Source: Yuukianura sp. NJ FZ-2021 (taxonomy: Eukaryota). Taken from it: DNA of 64,000 nt. The notes below the pieces were generated by a model. The model saw only the letters and a list, made by a program, of their open reading frames with translations, was not told the origin of the DNA and did not search any database. Positions 61,720 through 64,000 of the stretch are shown here, one piece after another. The first letter of the stretch is position 1. The number at the start of each line of letters is the position of its first letter. The DNA lies in assembly GCA_046563655.1 (NCBI GenBank), contig CM102285.1, positions 10,416,001-10,480,000 on the forward strand, in the 5' to 3' direction. Made by a program: the position numbers and the translations under genes.

Positions 61720-64000
61720 CACTTTGTTACTTAAGAGCTATAATTATTTATAAGTTAATTATAAACTAACACCTACAAAAGTTTTTTACAAACTGACAAC
61801 TTGTAATAGACGCTACAAACGCAATACACGAAGATTTCTTGAGCAAAATTCAAGAGATATGACTTCAACAACGGAAGTCTATCCGTTTTTGTACTAAAAT
61901 AAAATTTTGACTTAACTTTAATTGTTACTTTTACCCAACTTAAAATTGTAATACAACAGGGTACAACAAACAACATAAAAACAATGCGGAAACAGCAAGA
62001 ACAAAAATCATATGCATTATTCAAACACTTGTGAGTTGGGAAACTGTTAAGCTAGTTTTACACTTTAACTTGAAAAGGATTAGACAGAAATTGGTTCACA
62101 ATTTTGTACAATTAGGCTAATGTTTATAAATGTTAATTTAAGGGTAATGATTAGTTTTATGATCCCTTAAGTTTGTTGAAATTTCCAGAATCAATCTGCC
62201 GTGTTGTACAATACTTAAATTATTGATAATCAGATAGATTGTTCCCAGTGTAGCTTCAAATCTTATAGTCTTTAGTAGTTTACATGTTGTACTGTTTTAA
62301 ATTGTAGACTTTTAGCTCAAACTTTGAAGACGCTTTTTAGAAAGGCATTTCAGAATGGTTTGAAAACCGATTGTTAGAGACTTTGTTCTGAAATTCTGAA
62401 AATCGTGAATTCAGTCCTGCGAGAGTTGCGACTGTGCGTTTACGTTAATAGACGCGTAATATCTCTACGGAAAGACATCTTTAGATACATTTTAGAGGTT
62501 GTGAAAAGGAGATCACGGATGGAATGCGGCAGTAGTTTAGAGTTAGGCGAGTTAATTTAACGAGAAGTAACGTTTTTAGTTAATTTTTTTTAATTAAAGT
62601 TGCGGTTTATTATGTTCTTTATGTTCGTATAATGTCGTAATAAATTTTGTCGCGTTCTCTTGATAGGTTTTCTATTGCAAAATGTTTGGGGTTTAGTTAG
62701 AAAATCAAAATGGTTTTTAGACACTGACGCTAAGAGCGTCGAGATTTTTTGCGTCTTAGCGTAGACGATTTATCACAATGTTTTGATCTGACCTCTTCCG
62801 TTTTAAATTATTGACAGTACAAGTTAATCAATATGATGACCCGAGCTAATAGTAAGATTTAAAGTAGCGGAAGACTTAATTTAAGTTTCTAGGATACTTT
62901 GTAATAAAAAGAACGGGACGCTGTGAACCCATGAAATGAAATCCAATGTCTTCTGAACTCTAGTTAAGTTAAAACGCTGCTATTACGCGATAAGACCTTA
63001 GGTTATGTTAAGACATCGGAATTATTCAGCGTCTTTTGTTTGCAAAATGTGTAGGTTATATCACCCTTGAGACATGACCTTGGTTGAGGTAAAGCTTTAT
63101 TAGCCTCACAAGAATTTAGTAGTTGAAATGGAATAATAATTACAACTTTTAAGTTCTTACTGTGAATAACAAGTTTGAAAGTAATAATAAAGGGACTGAT
63201 TAACATCACCGAACACTACGTTTTGATTTCAGTTGACGAGATTTTAGAGCCACGCATGCGCTTGCGACTACTACGAACTCAATAAAAAGTTAAATTAACA
63301 ACAATTCAATAGGATTCCATTATAACTTCCATTTCGCAAAATATTCTGCCTTGACTTTCGCACGATCTTCTGGCCATGGAAGTTCAGGACTTATTCCATT
63401 CATCCGTCGATCTTTCTTTACTTTAGTCTAAAACATAAATCAATTTGACATTTTGAAATTGAAACAGGTTTGTGTAATAAAATATTTTACCCAAAACTTT
63501 TGGCAGACTATGTAATTGGCAAATACAGGTTCGCAAATAGTTTTGTTGTAGTCATTGTCCGATAGACATTTATACGCCTGGTCTTGTTCCTGTATGAATC
63601 AAAGATTTGATCGGTGAACGTGAACGAGAATTATGAAAGTCCAAATTGAATTTTAAATTACCTTAATACAAGGATTATTGTATTCACTTTTCAGTTTTGA
63701 CCCCATTTGTATCCTTTGTTCCCTTTCTTCTGGCGTCTTTGCTTTCGGCAGGTCAGCAGCATTGCTCCGAAACATCGTGAATCACACAAATGCTAAATCA
63801 AAAAATCAAATCAATCGGTCGACGAACAATTTTTCAGTAAATCAAAATCATAAATGCAAAAAAAAATGTTTTGCAGAGTTTAGCGCTATTGAATTTCAAA
63901 AACGGAAACGAATCGGGTCTTCCTAAAAGACGGATCGCGGATTCGACGTATTGCTGCGCACTATACAATGGAAGGAAAGAGAGGCGCGCACTATACAAAG

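Noticed and set aside
62726..62763. Small inverted repeat ACGCTAAGA...TCTTAGCGT
   Set aside because: The stem is only about 9-12 bp with no TSD, so it cannot be distinguished from chance or a decayed element.
63956..63998. Direct repeat GCGCACTATACAA x2 at the window end
   Set aside because: Truncated by the window edge and too short to interpret.

Overview
Eukaryotic genomic DNA, AT-rich, with GT-AG introns. It most likely comes from an invertebrate and probably a non-dipteran arthropod. That is an inference from the 50-120 bp introns, the DRE/TCAGT core-promoter motifs, TTAGG-type repeats and the presence of a PDE7. The first 15.3 kb is a compact cluster: the 3' end of a DGAT2/MOGAT acyltransferase, ArfGAP1 (+), ARMC1 (-), two tandem and apparently intact CatSper2-like sperm Ca2+ channel genes (+), and MTFR1/2 (+). 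The remaining ~45 kb is one large PDE7-family cAMP phosphodiesterase gene (+) with very long 5' introns that carry several MITE-like inverted repeats. Highlights: (1) a duplicated CatSper2 pair in an arthropod-like genome; (2) ARMC1-MTFR-PDE7 linkage matching the vertebrate ARMC1-MTFR1-PDE7A block, with the CatSper2 pair sitting inside it; (3) a 105-codon ATG-less in-frame extension after the PDE7 UAG-C stop, a readthrough candidate; (4) a long PDE7 tail with repeated RRGS PKA motifs, plus five perfect CRE sites in the locus. All gene models were spliced by hand and no database search was run.
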